DNA of 63,986 nucleotides, counting the filler, from Gonapodya sp. JEL0774 (lineage: Eukaryota): NCBI GenBank assembly GCA_027604505.1. It is 3 parts of 3 records of this genome, joined end to end, with 100 filler letters (N's around TTAATTAATTAA, not from the genome) between each part and the next. Parts side by side here need not be neighbours in the genome. Positions count along the whole stretch, not along the records: positions 1 to 26,668 come from JADIIX010000220.1; 2 more parts are not named here. One strand, written 5' to 3'. The position numbers and the translations under genes are program-made. Of this stretch, positions 1-12,660 are shown one piece after another. Position 1 is the first letter of the stretch; each line of letters begins with the position of its first letter. The notes below the pieces were generated by a model. It ran no database searches and was not told the DNA's origin. It saw only the letters and a list, made by a program, of their open reading frames with translations.

Positions 1-420
1 GGAGCATGTTCCTTCACTCCCAAGCAATCACTTATCACCCTTGACATGTATTGTGTTGACTTTGAGAAGAAAATATAGATATCAAAATGTAAACTGTATG
101 GAGTCACAAATTCAACCCTTCGCCTAACACCGATCAGCACCCATCACCATTGGCCATCATGGGAGCGTGTACCTTCACTCCCAAGGCATCTCACATCAAC
201 ATTGACATGTATTTTGTTTGTTTTGAGAATAAAATGTGTGGAGTTACAAATTCAAAGGTTCACCCAACCCATATCACCACCCATTGCCATTTGTCATCAT
301 GGGTGCATGTTAGATCTAAACCAAGCCGTCTCACATCAACATTAATATGTAATGTGCTGGTTTTGTAACGAAAATTGGGACTGTTAGGTGTTTCAAGTAC
401 CGAGTTACAAATTCAAAGTT
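1..420. repeat. Degenerate tandem repeat, about 3 units of 140-160 bp
   Basis: Recurring blocks such as 'ggagc(a/g)tgt..cttcactcccaag', 'tcacatcaacatt(g/a)a(c/t)atgta' and 'gagt(c/t)acaaattcaa' in units starting near 1, 162 and 300. Confidence 0.65.
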
Positions 421-589
421 TTGGGCTGTATCTCCAGTTTGCGCCAAAAACCCCTCTTTTCACAGGGGTAACTGTACTTGCCCCCTCACAAAAAACATTC
501 TACTACATATTGGGTTAGGTTGGGAGTGTTTGAGGCAGTTTGGAGGGGGTCATTAAAGGGTATCACAGTCACGCACCCCTAGTAGTAAG

Positions 590-880
590 CAAGTTGCTCA
601 TTGACAAGACTCTCTTTGGAGCATCAAGTCATCCTCCCACTATGCCGGTTTAAGCACTGTAAATGTCCAACATTGCAGTTTTCACTGAAATGTTGTTGTT
701 TACATTCCCTGCACCATAGCCATGTGGCACCACAAACAGACAAGCACAAAACAAGTTGCTCATTGACAAGGCTCTCTTGGGAGCATCAAATCTCCCTTCC
801 ACTATGCTGTTATAAGCACTGTTATTGTCCAACATTGCAGTTTTCACAGGGATGTTGGTGTTTACATTTCCTGCACAATA
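590..880. repeat. Two-copy diverged direct repeat, about 162 bp period
   Basis: 'aagttgctcattgacaag(a/g)ctctctt(t/g)ggagcatcaa...aagcactgt...tgtccaacattgcagttttcac...tttacatt(c/t)cctgcac' occurs at about 591 and 753. Confidence 0.8.
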
Positions 881-899
881 AACCCTTTTCTCAAAATTA

Positions 900-2100
900 C
901 CCACAACCTACTAGGAAAACCATCCATCTTCTGTAGCAGGACACACCACCAACTGGTTTGGTTCCGAGATTGTGGGACTCTTTGGCTGTAGTGGTAGAAA
1001 ATCAATCCAAACTTACATTGAAATGATTCAACATGGGTCCTGACCAAACTGCAGTGGAACAGAAAAGGTGTTGCTCATTGAACAATCACAAATATCCCCA
1101 TGTTGATGTCATCTTTACATTTTCAGCTCCATGGTACAAGCAATAAAAGTCATTTGTTTCACAGGTTTAGGCTGGAGATGTACCTCTTCTGGTCAGGATG
1201 GTGCCACCACAAACAGCAATGTCCAAGTGATGTTCAGATATGTTTAGTCAACCACCTGATGTGGGGCACAGCTGATGAGGACATCAACTTGATGTGATGG
1301 GGGGAGTGTGAGGGTTTAGCTGTGTAGATAGTGAATATATTCTACACCTTGGACACCATCATATGCTCCCGCCCCCTTTGATCCATCCCATGCAGTCCTT
1401 TACATGACCATTCAATCCACTCCAATGCTGCCTTTTTCCATTTGCCAAATTTAAGCTGTCCTTCTCTGTTGGTAGTTTGGTATGTCCTGATTCAATAAAT
1501 CTTTCCATGGCAGTACAACACCAGCACATCAACCACACTTTTGCGCTAGCAGGTGGTTTGAAAGGTCCATCTTGACCGGTGTCTGCTTTACAAAGTCGTC
1601 AATGGATATGATTTGTGAACACACCAACCGCAAGATCTGTAGCAAAAGCTCCACTGAGAGGGTTTGGTTTGTGCATGAGTGGTTGTTCTTGAAGGATGTG
1701 GTTGCAAGGTGGACACTTCCGACTAGTCATGTGAGAGCACTGGTGATGAGCAAAATTGTGCCAGCTTGAGAGTCCGAAGATATCAGCTCAAAATCGCATG
1801 GTCATGTCTGAGTTGGTCATGCCACTGTCAATTTTCAAGGTAACAGTAAGAGCGCAACCAGAAGATGAGTTCGTGGCCTTCATGAGATTTCAAAAAGAAA
1901 ATCTCGATGAAACGAGTGCAAATTCAATTACAACAGATTTTGGTATGAAAGACTTACTGATCATGTCTGCAAGTACACAGATTCTAAAGTGCACATGCCA
2001 AATGGTGTTTTCCTAAGTATTGAGTGAGACCCACTATCGTCTTTGATTTCAAACTATATGTCAGTTTTGATCAAGGTAAGCACAAGCGCAGTTTCACTAA
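900..2100 (-). pseudogene. CpG-decayed coding remnant, possibly from a repetitive element; family not recognised
   Basis: A minus-strand frame from about 2013 to 1360 is interrupted only by a few TGA codons (compatible with CGA to TGA). The region is strongly CpG-poor and TpG/CpA-rich. Confidence 0.3.
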
Positions 2101-2167
2101 CATTGAACTCCTTCGCGAGTACTTTATGCACCCAAAATTGCAGTTCTGGGTGGCACGGGAGGAGGGT

Positions 2168-5100
2168 CTAAGCCGAACAGATGTAATTCCACTGCAGGCT
2201 CCGAAACCAGTGCCTTCTCCTATGCACTGAAAGAAGGGTCTGGGTGGTAATGGACGGCAGGCTGACGACGTCATTGGTGAGACGCGATAAGGATGGCGGC
2301 ACGGAGGTCGCGATTGAAAGGGCTGGTAGGTCTATTGTGGGTTTCCGCGTCGGTTTGCGCTGGGGCAAGCTCTGGAATCTTCTGTCCGACTCTGTGAACT
2401 GCGTTGACGAAACGACAGTGTCTGCAACGCTTCTCAAGGCAGCACGCACTGGCATCAGAATACCATTGTGATACTCTGCCAGAAAGCTGGAAGTTGAGAC
2501 GAAGGTTTCCTCTTCGTCTTACACTGATTTGATCACAGGTGGATTCCTCGGTACATCCTTTGGATCTGGATGTCACAGAGGCGCGGCCAATTCCCCAAAT
2601 CTGAAGAGTCTTTTGCAAAACTCCGGTCGTCGAAAAAAGCGATTAGAAGTGTGCCCTTCCTTTCTTGATGCTGCTCTCTCTCCTCGTCTCTCTCCTCATG
2701 GATCTCCTGCTCACTCTCCCCATCAAGTTCCCGCTCGCTAAATTGATCACTTACAGAGGCGGATGTCTCAGGCAAATGAAACCGAACTGATAACCTCTTT
2801 CCATCAGGGCCAATACTTCTTGCTCTTGCTCGCTCAGGGTCCCTGCCTTCTATGACCGGTCTCGGCATAGACTCGGCCCGGGAACGCATTGCGATTTGAA
2901 TGGCTTTGGGAGAAAGTGGCGCTGGAGTTATAAGAATGGAGGGATCGGTTCCTGAGTGAGAAATTGCTCGGCGTCGTTGGAGGGCTGGGGTCCGCGAAGG
3001 TTCGTCGGGTTGCCCTCTAGACTCAGTTTCTGACTAGGACCTGTCGTCGCTGATGCAGAGGATCAGGATATCTTGATCGGTTCTTGACCAACAGGTAACG
3101 TAGATTTCGAGATGATGGCTCGTTGCACAGCCACCGACGACGATTTCTCCACTTGCGTAGCACCACAGCCTGCCCAGCGGAACGGTTTGTGGATACTGCT
3201 CCTTGCTTAGATCCATCCACAGGATCCGAAGCCTTTGACTGCGGCTGCTGCGAGCTTCTAGGAGCAGCTGCGCCTTGTACGGCACCCTTTCCCACTTCGG
3301 TTTTCTCGCCTTCTGTGGTGCAGACACTCTGACCTTATCCACACGGCTGCCGCCACTCGTGCTCATGCTTCCACTGATACTGCTTGCCAGCTCGCCGGAC
3401 GATAGATGCGGAGTACTCACTAACCCAGCCTTCCTCATCATCCGATACGTCCAGAAGAATACGAGAGGACGTCTAGGCCGATGGTAGTGAAGGCAGAAGT
3501 GGTGTGTGAGGGTGGATTGGTGCTGCCAGGACAGGAGGATATCACAATGTAGGCGTGACAGACTAAACATGAAAGGGAAAAGAGGGGAGCATTGAAGATC
3601 AGTTCTGCCAGGGTTCCCACAAAAGTAGGCGCCGCGTTCAAAATACACCTCATCGTGCTGCCCACTAGAACCTTTTGGTACCTCCTCGTCAACAACACTC
3701 CTCACAAACACTCTCACACTTGTTGGACTTCCTCCAACATTCATCTCTCTACTGCCCACATCCTCCACGCTCGGTACCCCCGTTCCAGAACTTCCATTAC
3801 GCCCTCCCACGAATCCCGCCGGACTCGAGTTCCGTGATCCAGGATTGTGATCCATGTCCTTCACAGATCGCTTGGCGAATCGGCGAGGTGGGGGTTGAGG
3901 CTGATACGCTTCCACTCTCGCCACGGCGGCGGCCAAGATGGGACTCACCAATTCCAAACCGTCTGCAGGCGCAACTGATATCACACCAAACGCTCTCGGT
4001 ACTATAGGCGCCTGGTGTGCTTCGGTTGGTGATGTCAGAATGGGTAGAGTCCACGGCAACGGCTCCAGAGCGGTAGAAGGCGCTACACTAACTGGGCCGG
4101 GCCAGATGGGTTTGGGGTACACCTGTGCTTGGTGCCGTTGCTGTTGTGGGGCTGCAACTGCAATCGCAACCAGATGCTGCTCTGCCGCGGCACCTCCAAA
4201 AGCACCCTTTGCGTCCACTGCTTCCGATGTTGCCGTGGGCAATCCTGTTATGTCGATCGTGGGCATCATGTTTGCGTGCATTTGGCCAAACGCATATGGA
4301 CCTCTCACATCGATCATCCCCATCAGTGTTGCAATTGACTGGGCTGTAGCTTGCCCTGGGAGTTGCGCAAACAAGTTGGCAGTTGCCCATATGTACTGGC
4401 TTGGTGCAAACTGCGGGGACAAGGGGAACGGAGCCTGAGCAAACTTCTGCTGCACGAATTGCTGTTGCTGAGTCAACTGCATGGCCATCACAGGCATCGA
4501 GGGAGGACCAGTATGGAAGGGGTCCTGCATCATGGGAGATACCACGGATGGAGCCACTTACGGGAACTGCAGTTGAGTTGGGTCCACCAGCTCCAGCAAT
4601 CACTGGTGTCACACCACCGTCCACCAGTGCATTTGTCCAGACTACCGGTATAGCCATCTTGTCTTTGCCCCCTTTTCCTTGAGCTCCCTGTCACTCGCAG
4701 CCACTCCAACCACCACCGTCGGTCTCAACCGCACCGCGCTCACTGGCACCCTCAATCCAATAGCCCCAACGATGGCCGCCGTGATGGTCCCCGCTTGAGA
4801 CGGACCCACCCGCCCAGGAGAAGTGGCGACCGTGTTTGCTCGAACCAGACTGGGGTTCCGAATGGCCCGGCGATACCACCCCGCATTACACTTGCCCGCC
4901 TTTGTAGTTGTGGAGTCGTCGGTCCCGCTGGCTGAGCGCCTCCAACTCCCGATACAGAGGCAGCCGTGACAACGGAGGTGACCTGACTTGCGACCGGGCT
5001 CGGGTCCTTCTTGGTGGCGAGACTTGCCGGCGGGAGACAGCACCATTGGGTGAGGATCCAGATGGCGATGTGGCGGCGCGGACGGGCCGTGGCCAGAAAG

Positions 5101-7400
5101 AGTTGGTGTTGCCAGTTGGGGACGAGTCGCGGGAGCGAGGGAAGGAGAGAGAGAACACAGATCGGGCGGCTCACGATGAGGTGATGTGGGAGGGACTTTG
5201 GAAGGGGAACATATCGTTGGACAGTGAATGTCACGAATCGGTGCCCAAAACGACGATGGGAAACTCACCAGTCGCTGCTCCCGTCACCTCGTCCACTTTA
5301 TTCCCTTTTCCTTCAATAACCCTTCCCTTGCTTGTCTTTCGATTCCTTCCGCCTTCTCCCCCTTCTCCTGCACCTCCTTCTTCTTATCCATGATCGCCAA
5401 CACACCGTCCATAACCCCAAGCCGTCCACTCTCCTTGTTCGACTGGGACTCGGCCACGAACCCCAAGAGCGACGAACCGAGTGAAGGGAGGGGAAGAATG
5501 GTGTGCAGGTCTGATACAGGGAACGGTGGTGCATACGATGGTCGCCGTCCTCCAGGTGAGAGTGAATGAAAGCCTAACCAACAAAATTATCGAAAGGAAC
5601 GCGAAACCATGAGCACCTCCGAAAGCGGGCGTCACAGCAAGAACACGGTCGCACGTACCATCGTCCACAACAAACCGTCCCTCCTCCCCTGGCAATACAT
5701 GACCACCCCCATACCCATTCCCCTTTCGTTTGCCTTAATTGCCACCACCGCGTTCCTCTCCCCCACACCGTCCTCCTCCATCATATTCACACTTCCGTTG
5801 GCTCCCGGCTCCCCTATTCTTACTCAGCTTCCGTCCCGTTAGCTTCGCGAACGTCCGATCGAGCAAATTCGGTTTCGCTGACCCTCGGACTCGGACGCGG
5901 CTTCGTGTCCTCCATATCACCTGTCCGTTCAACCACCGGCGCGCCCTTCCCCCCCGCTGTTGTCCCGCCAAGCGCCACGAACCACATCGTCATCGCTACC
6001 GACATGCAGTTCAAATTAAACACCCAGTCTCACAGTTCCCGTACTCGGCCGGACCAAGCTTTACCTCTTGGTGTGGTTCGGCGGGGATGCGGTCCGTCTC
6101 TGCAACGGTGCCGGTTCGGGACCCGTCGTCATTACCCCGGGGGTATGGTATTCGGCGCAGTGGATATGGACGTCCGGGGTGGAGACGGCGATGGCTGTTT
6201 CACGGGCCCAGAAGCGCGGGAGGGGGATGGGGAGGGAAGTTCGGCACCGCCGGGACCGTGAACAGCTGTGGCTGACAGTGCGTCCAGGGTACCGGTGCCC
6301 GACGCGGTACTGCGGTACTGGGCCTCGAGAGACCTCGGGCCCGTTGAGTGGGTTTTCCAGCCACCGTACTGTTTCCACCTCCATCGCCCGCCCCGAACCC
6401 GAAAAACGTTCCTGCCCGGTACGTGGTCCTCCCCCTCTCCTCCCCTCCACCTCCACCCCCCGCATACCTCCCCTCCCTCCCCCCGCCCCCGACGAGCACT
6501 GACGCCGCCGACGAAGTGTGACCCACCGCGACGCCAGAAAAAGGTGTCGCCGGAGGTACCGGTGTCGGAGTAGGCGCCGTGGCCACAAAGGTGAGCGACC
6601 TGTTGGACTGGCGCCATTCGAGCTTGTTGAGGAGGGACGCGAGGATAGTGGCGCGGGCAGCAGTCGGTGTCGGAGTGGGCGGAGTGCAAGCGCCGAGCGA
6701 TGGGAGTGCGTGGGAGGAGAGGAGGGAGGCACGGAGTGGGAGCGGGTTGACGTGGTGTGGCGGGGGATGGGGGTCGTCGGGGTGGTGGGTGTGGACGGAA
6801 CGGTAGAGGTGATGGTGGGTGGGGAAGAGACAATGGTGGTGGTGGTAGATGTGGAGGCCAAGAGGCGCGGGGCTTGGAGTGGTCGGTAATCGTGCTCAGA
6901 CCGGACAGGGGACAGGAGATGAAGGCTGTCCGCTTTGCCGCCGACATGTTGGACACGAGGCAGCTTGACGACCGGAGCCAGAAAACGAGTTGAACGGGTC
7001 TCTGTCTCTATACCCATCTCTACTCCTGTCCCTTTCCACCACGAAATCTGCACCTGCCTGTGTGGACCATGGCCTGCCGTGCTTGAACACTCTCCGTTCC
7101 ACGGTGGCCATGGGCAAGAGGTGCAGGCTCTATTGAATCAGGAGACGATGGAGGGGACACGAGCCGTGGGCGGTGACCGCGGTACGGGGTTCTGCGCGAT
7201 GGGGAGTTCGAGGTGACTCCATTGAGGGCGGATCCGTGTGGTGATGCATCCGCGATGTGCTGCAGTAGGTGGAGGGGAAAATGAAAATGGAGCTCAGTTC
7301 GTCCCGCACTGCAGGTGGGATCGGTGCTTTACAGTACTTACAATCATGAGCCGACTGTGGGGGACACATCCTGGCCCAAGACTACGGGTTTTATGGATGA
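2168..7400 (-). CDS. Putative multi-exon Pro/Ser/Gln-rich hypothetical protein(s); structure unresolved
   Basis: Series of minus-strand ORFs (6061-7053, 4752-5234, 3034-4557, 2533-2889) with low-complexity Pro/Gln/Ser segments and plausible splice sites. No domain recognised. Confidence 0.3.
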
Positions 7401-8370
7401 CCTCAGGAGGCCTTTCCGTTTGTTACGGCTGAACAGCTAAAATAAGTTCGCCTCCGCTCTCTTCCGAAATCGAAATTTTATTACTTTCGCCTTGGTACGA
7501 GATACATTGTTTTCGACGATGATGCAAAGAGCATGTAACTCCTTGGGAACTCCTCAGAGGAGATTCAAAAGCTGCGAATCGCCGAGGAACATGGACTAGG
7601 TGCTGCATTTATAATATTGGATGATCAAGATGGGCGTGAGCTTGGTGACAGTCATGGATTACACGCAAAGATTGTGAAGGTGAATGTGCTCATAACACCC
7701 AGTCAATATGAGACTATGATGCGGAGAAAAATAAAAACTCACGCGCTTGCAGTGTTTTGCGAAAACACGGGCTCACTAGACCTCTGGACAAGGACACAGG
7801 TTGCGCGAATGTGGAGAAATTAGTTCACAATTTGAGTGCGATCAGTGAGATTACCACTATTGAATTCGCAATCGTCGTAGGAGGGTACGTGAAGGCGATT
7901 GTTACCGTGCCGTTCACAGACGTTAAGCCTTCCTCGTGTAGGATCGTAAAGACAAGAACATACACCAGGGCAGATGATGGAAAAGCCATTGAGGAGCACC
8001 GCCATAATCCAGGTATTTGTATTGTTGGTGCGGTTTTAAACAAAGAGCATACCACTACTTCCACACCATTTTTTATGCACCAGTCCACAGCAGAGCAGTG
8101 ATGAGAATGCCGAATCTTCACAAATGCGAAGACACGTGACCTGTTACAGTGCCGATCATCCGAGTTCGGCGGACCAGCAAGTCTGATTTTTGCACCCGTC
8201 TGTTGATATACCAGTTCACGTCAAGTCTCTTCTCACAACACATCTTAGCTGTTCTCTCAAACTTTAAATCACTGGGTGAGACAGTCACCTGACTTGACCA
8301 CTCGGCGAAAGGGCTGCCTGATCTGATTGGAGCCAAAGCCCCATCAGAGCAATCATTGCAACTCACTTCA

Positions 8371-10994
8371 ATGACGGACGTGTCTCCAATGACCGAATCG
8401 CAAGGTGGATCACCCAAGATCAAGAATTTCGGCATATCTCTCCGCATTGCCATCGCAACATTGGTAGCGATCAAGTGAGAGACGCTCAGATCCAAGATGC
8501 GTCTGCTCCTCTGATTAGACTTCACTCACATAGTGTCGTCCTGGTCGCCTCTGTCATATCCGCATTGTCGTATGTGGCAGCAGATAAAGCGAATACGCAA
8601 TCGATCACTCAAGGTACAGAAGAGTAGCACCAGGGTGGGAACCCAGACTGATAAACGCTTTGCTAGGGACAACCAGCATTCTTGAGTTAGCAGAATCGAA
8701 GCAGAGGGATACCTCAGCTCATGTCCTCTCGCATATGGGTAGGCGTTGATCAATGCTGATTGAGATTGGAGACCAATTGCCGCCATACATACCCTCCACC
8801 CAATATCAGACTCGTACGTGTCGAGCCTTATTTCAGTCGCCAACATAATCTCCAGTGCCGTTCAGATCGGTACTGTTGATCTTGAGGACTACGAGTATGT
8901 TCTTTTTTGGGCAGAACTATCTGCTCAAGTCAAAGTCAAAACAATTACGTTCTCGTCTCACCAATCCCAACACTCTCTCTTCCACTCACCACCAGTCGCT
9001 TCGGTCCATTCCTCGCCCTGACCGTCCGCGGGGTGGGCACGAAACTCCTCTTCGTCACCATATTCAACAACTCCACTCAAAACTTTGTCGGCGTTGGCGT
9101 CCTCGGACCCCCGGACGTACCCGTATATGGGTACCTTGTTGCCAACAAGACGTGTCAACTCTTTTGTGAGTGCTCACCTGTTTGAGGAGTTCTGGTGGAC
9201 CTATTCTCATAGTGATCTTATCTTTCTTTATCGTGAACGGAATAGGCCCCGTTGCTACCACAAACACGTCAGTAGTGTATTATCGACTGCAGCAAACCTC
9301 GAACGGGACCTTCTCCCTCGGAGGAGTGATCGCGAGGGTAAGTCTCTCCCAAACCATTGATTATTCCCATATCGGCGCACCTCCCAACACGTCCCAACTC
9401 CCACGACATGAAACACTCCACACCCCTTCCACTTTCCAGACCGCACCGGGCGTCCAGGCGTGGAAGCGCTCCTGGTGGTCCGCTGTCGACCGCACGCCGC
9501 CCAACACCATCTCCATCTCGAACCCCACGCTGGCCGTAGGAAACTCCATCGTGCCCATTATTCTTGCCCAATACCTGTCGTTTCCCATCTGGGACAGTCA
9601 GGGGAACTTTGTGGCTGGGGCTGCCATCATGTTCGCCGCGGCGGAGCTGTCATCACAGTTGGATATGCTCAAGGAGAAAGCAACCCCAAATAGCCTTTTC
9701 TACATTATCGCGCCCACGGGGCATATGCTGGGGATGTCGGGGTTGAACATATCGACGATAAGTTCGGTGAGTCAAGCTGAGTACGGTTTGGTTTCAAGGT
9801 GTTGTACTGTGCGAGGAGTGACATAATGTGGTGGTACGATATTTTCGTTTTGCAGCCGTTGATTTACAGAGACGCGGTCAACAACTGGGCTTTGAAAACC
9901 ATCTGGGACTTTTCACGCGATGAATACGCACTCACCAACATATCTGCGTCCACAATCCTCATGTATTCAGGGTTTAACTTGTCGAGGTTCGTTTTTGTTG
10001 GCATGACCATGACGGGAGTTTGACGGCATCCTGTTGGAGTTTACTTCTCATTTCTATCCTTCGACTCATTTGTCGCTCTGCTCGTTCCAGTGACTTTGGA
10101 GACGCCAACTTCCGTCAGAGTGGGTACTTTTTCCAAGTGACGAGCTACAGGCGGGCAAACTTCAAGTGGATCATTGTCAGCGGCGCAGTGGGTGCTTGTG
10201 AACGTTGAAGTTCTCTTTTGTGCAATACCATTGTTTACCAATACGGACTCACCCTTTTCGGATATTTCATCCATCCACCAATAACCCATGTTCCACTATA
10301 CGAAAAGCCAATGACCGATTACATTGCAAACAGTCTGGAGCTGCAGGAAAAACTCTCGGATGATTTGAACATGACAAATCGGAACATCATCATCATCTGT
10401 GAGTGATGTCGGTCGCATTGGAATAGCGTGGGGTTTAGGTTGGACTCCTCTCATTCGAGGAATGTATTCAAATGACCTTTCTTGAAAAAGCTGCGTGCAT
10501 CGTGATTGCAATGAGCTTTTGCAGCGCCGTACTGACAGAGGTCACCATCTTGCGGCCGTTCCACTACATGCTCCAGGTAATGGCAAAAGGTACGTCGGTA
10601 GATAGGCTCCTGCCACAAAGAATTCCCGCAATTTATAATGGTGCGGTACAATTTAGCCACCAAGTTTGACTTTTCCATGATCAAGGATAAATCCTTGAAT
10701 GGGAACTCGGACGCGCGGACCATTATCTCAGACGTTCGAGTGCTGCAAGAGCGGTTCGTTGAAATGCTCTTGGTGTTTGCAAATGCCGTGAAGCGTACGT
10801 GTTGTAGTTGACACCGCCTTGCCTAAGTGCCGACTAACGTGGATATGTGATGCTATTGTGTAGAAAACAAATTCTTGGCAAACAGGACTGTGTCGGCTGT
10901 ACCTCGGCCATCAATTTCTGTGGCCAAGGAATCTGCTGCACTCGTGGTTGAGAGGTCGTCAGCAATTGAGAATGTCGGGAGATTGGAGCAATGA
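8371..10994 (+). CDS. Two-TM receptor-like protein: TM1 - extracellular dCache-like sensor - TM2 - HAMP, short tail, no catalytic output domain
   Basis: Spliced by eye: MTDVSPM...ISLRIAIATLVAINVVLVASVISALSYVAA (TM1); RSWWSAV...LSFPIWDSQGNFVAGAAIMFAAAELSSQLDMLK...SLFYIIAPTGHMLG (Cache-like); IIIIS-ACIVIAMSFCSAVLTEVTILRPFHYMLQVMAK-ATKFDFS...DVRVLQERFVEMLLVFANAVKQNKFL (TM2 plus HAMP); stop at 10992-10994. Confidence 0.7.
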
Positions 10995-11864
10995 AGAGCG
11001 CCTCGATGACAAGGGGAACATGATGTACTTGGCTTGTATAATCTTGGAAATAATAGTAGTGGCGGGCTCCTCTGAGTGAAGGGGTGGGCGATATGGTAGC
11101 TGTCTTGATAGCGGGTCGCTGGTTCTCCCTCTCTAATTCCGGCAATAATAAATGGACTCGCGAGACATATCTGTTGCACAGCCCAAAGGCCTGTACGGGC
11201 AACAACAAATGTTATTATAAGTACAAATATGAAGCTCCCTCAAAAGCTTAAAGCTCCGAAGAGCTTACCATAACGTTGATTTGAAGAAGATCCATATTCT
11301 GTCGCACCAGATCTCACATCCTGAATGACAAACGAAGATGTTCTAAAACCCCGCTCCAATGCTCATTGGTAAGTCATTACAGCCTGATCAGCAATTGAGA
11401 CGTATCTTAGGGATCATGGACTGATTTACGGGCACAGATGACCCAGAATGATGGCCGCTGACTGATGTTGAGTGCATCGTTGACTTCAGAGTCAATAAAA
11501 GTTTGAGCTTGTTGAGACTGCATAGACGATTGGAAACAGAGAGTGAAATCAGATCCCTTGATAAATAAGTGAACGGGATCGCCGAAGTGTCTGCAAAATG
11601 GGTCAAAGGACACTTGGGCGTCAATTCATGGGTACCCCATGAATTGAGGGTTGAGGGATTTCTCATTGTACGCCGAGCGCCTTAATTTCCATGCTTTTTT
11701 ACGCTCTTGCCGCTATCCCCCCCGTTCCCGCCCCCCCCACACCCCCCCCCGTACCCTTTACAGGCCCAAAGTTGAGAGGCAAAGCAGAGACTGACAAAGA
11801 TCAGTTGCCCTGAACAGGAACTAAGCACCACTGCAATCACAGCGCTGTCCGACTTTTGGCTGAC

Positions 11865-12660
11865 TCACCACTTTCTCCTAACCCTAAATGAGCCTGACAC
11901 GACTTTACTCCTCATATTTTCGACCAACTTGCAAGTCACCTCCACCTTCTCTATGACCGCCTGGATCGCCTTCTTCCACCTTGGCGTGAACGCACTGACG
12001 GCCTTCATGAAGTGCCACATGTGGATCAGCGGGTGCAAAGCTATTTCTGGGAAGCTGATGGACCGGGAGTGTGGGGTGAGGACGTCGAGGAAGGCGAAGG
12101 CGGCTTCGTGAATCAAGGCATCCTTTGCAAGCAGTGGGAGTGCAACGTTAAACCTGACCTGTGCTTGAATAACCAAACACGTTATCAGCAAGCTGACAAC
12201 ACTCACGAGGTACAGTTTTGTCCCCAAGTGCTGATTCCCAGCATTGACCACATACTTCCACTGCAACGCTACCCTGCATCCCGTCCTTGGTCACCACATC
12301 GAGCACATAGATTAAGTACACCGCCAATGGTACAAACACTCGGATGAAACCGTAGGCGAGTTGAAGGAAGGGGTAGACAAGGAGGCGGAGAAGGTGGTCG
12401 GCGGGCGTAGTAGGGGTGCAGGAGAGGCGATGACGGCAGACCAGAGAAGGAGGCGCTCGTGGAGACGAAACGACTAGGAGTAGATGCGAAGTGTGAATCC
12501 TAGAATACATCCGTGAGGGTCGAGACGTGAAAAGGGCGATGGTGGTCAGCCACCTCGCAATTCTTTGGTCTTCATTCGACTCCCACGCCGACATCGTATT
12601 CTCACCTCCTTCTTGGCCCACATGACCTTTCTCACCCACCCCACAATCTCCCACAAGCGC
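11865..12660 (-). pseudogene. NOC2: Degenerate partial copy of nucleolar complex protein 2 (Noc2/NOC2L) C-terminal half
   Basis: LLRLLVYPFLQLAYGFIRVFVPLAVYL and HSRSISFPEIALHPLIHMWHFMK...IQAVIEKVEVTCKLVENMRSKV match the recalled Noc2 consensus (LxPLIYPLVQ; SIsFPEL...LxxKIEEN...R). No N-terminal part found, and the sequence appears internally deleted and mutated. Confidence 0.6.

Noticed and set aside
1640..1740. TTSFKNNHSC resembling a MuDR/FAR1 zinc-binding motif
   Set aside because: It lies in a stop-rich frame different from the longer open frame, and no DDE motif was found; insufficient to call a MULE.
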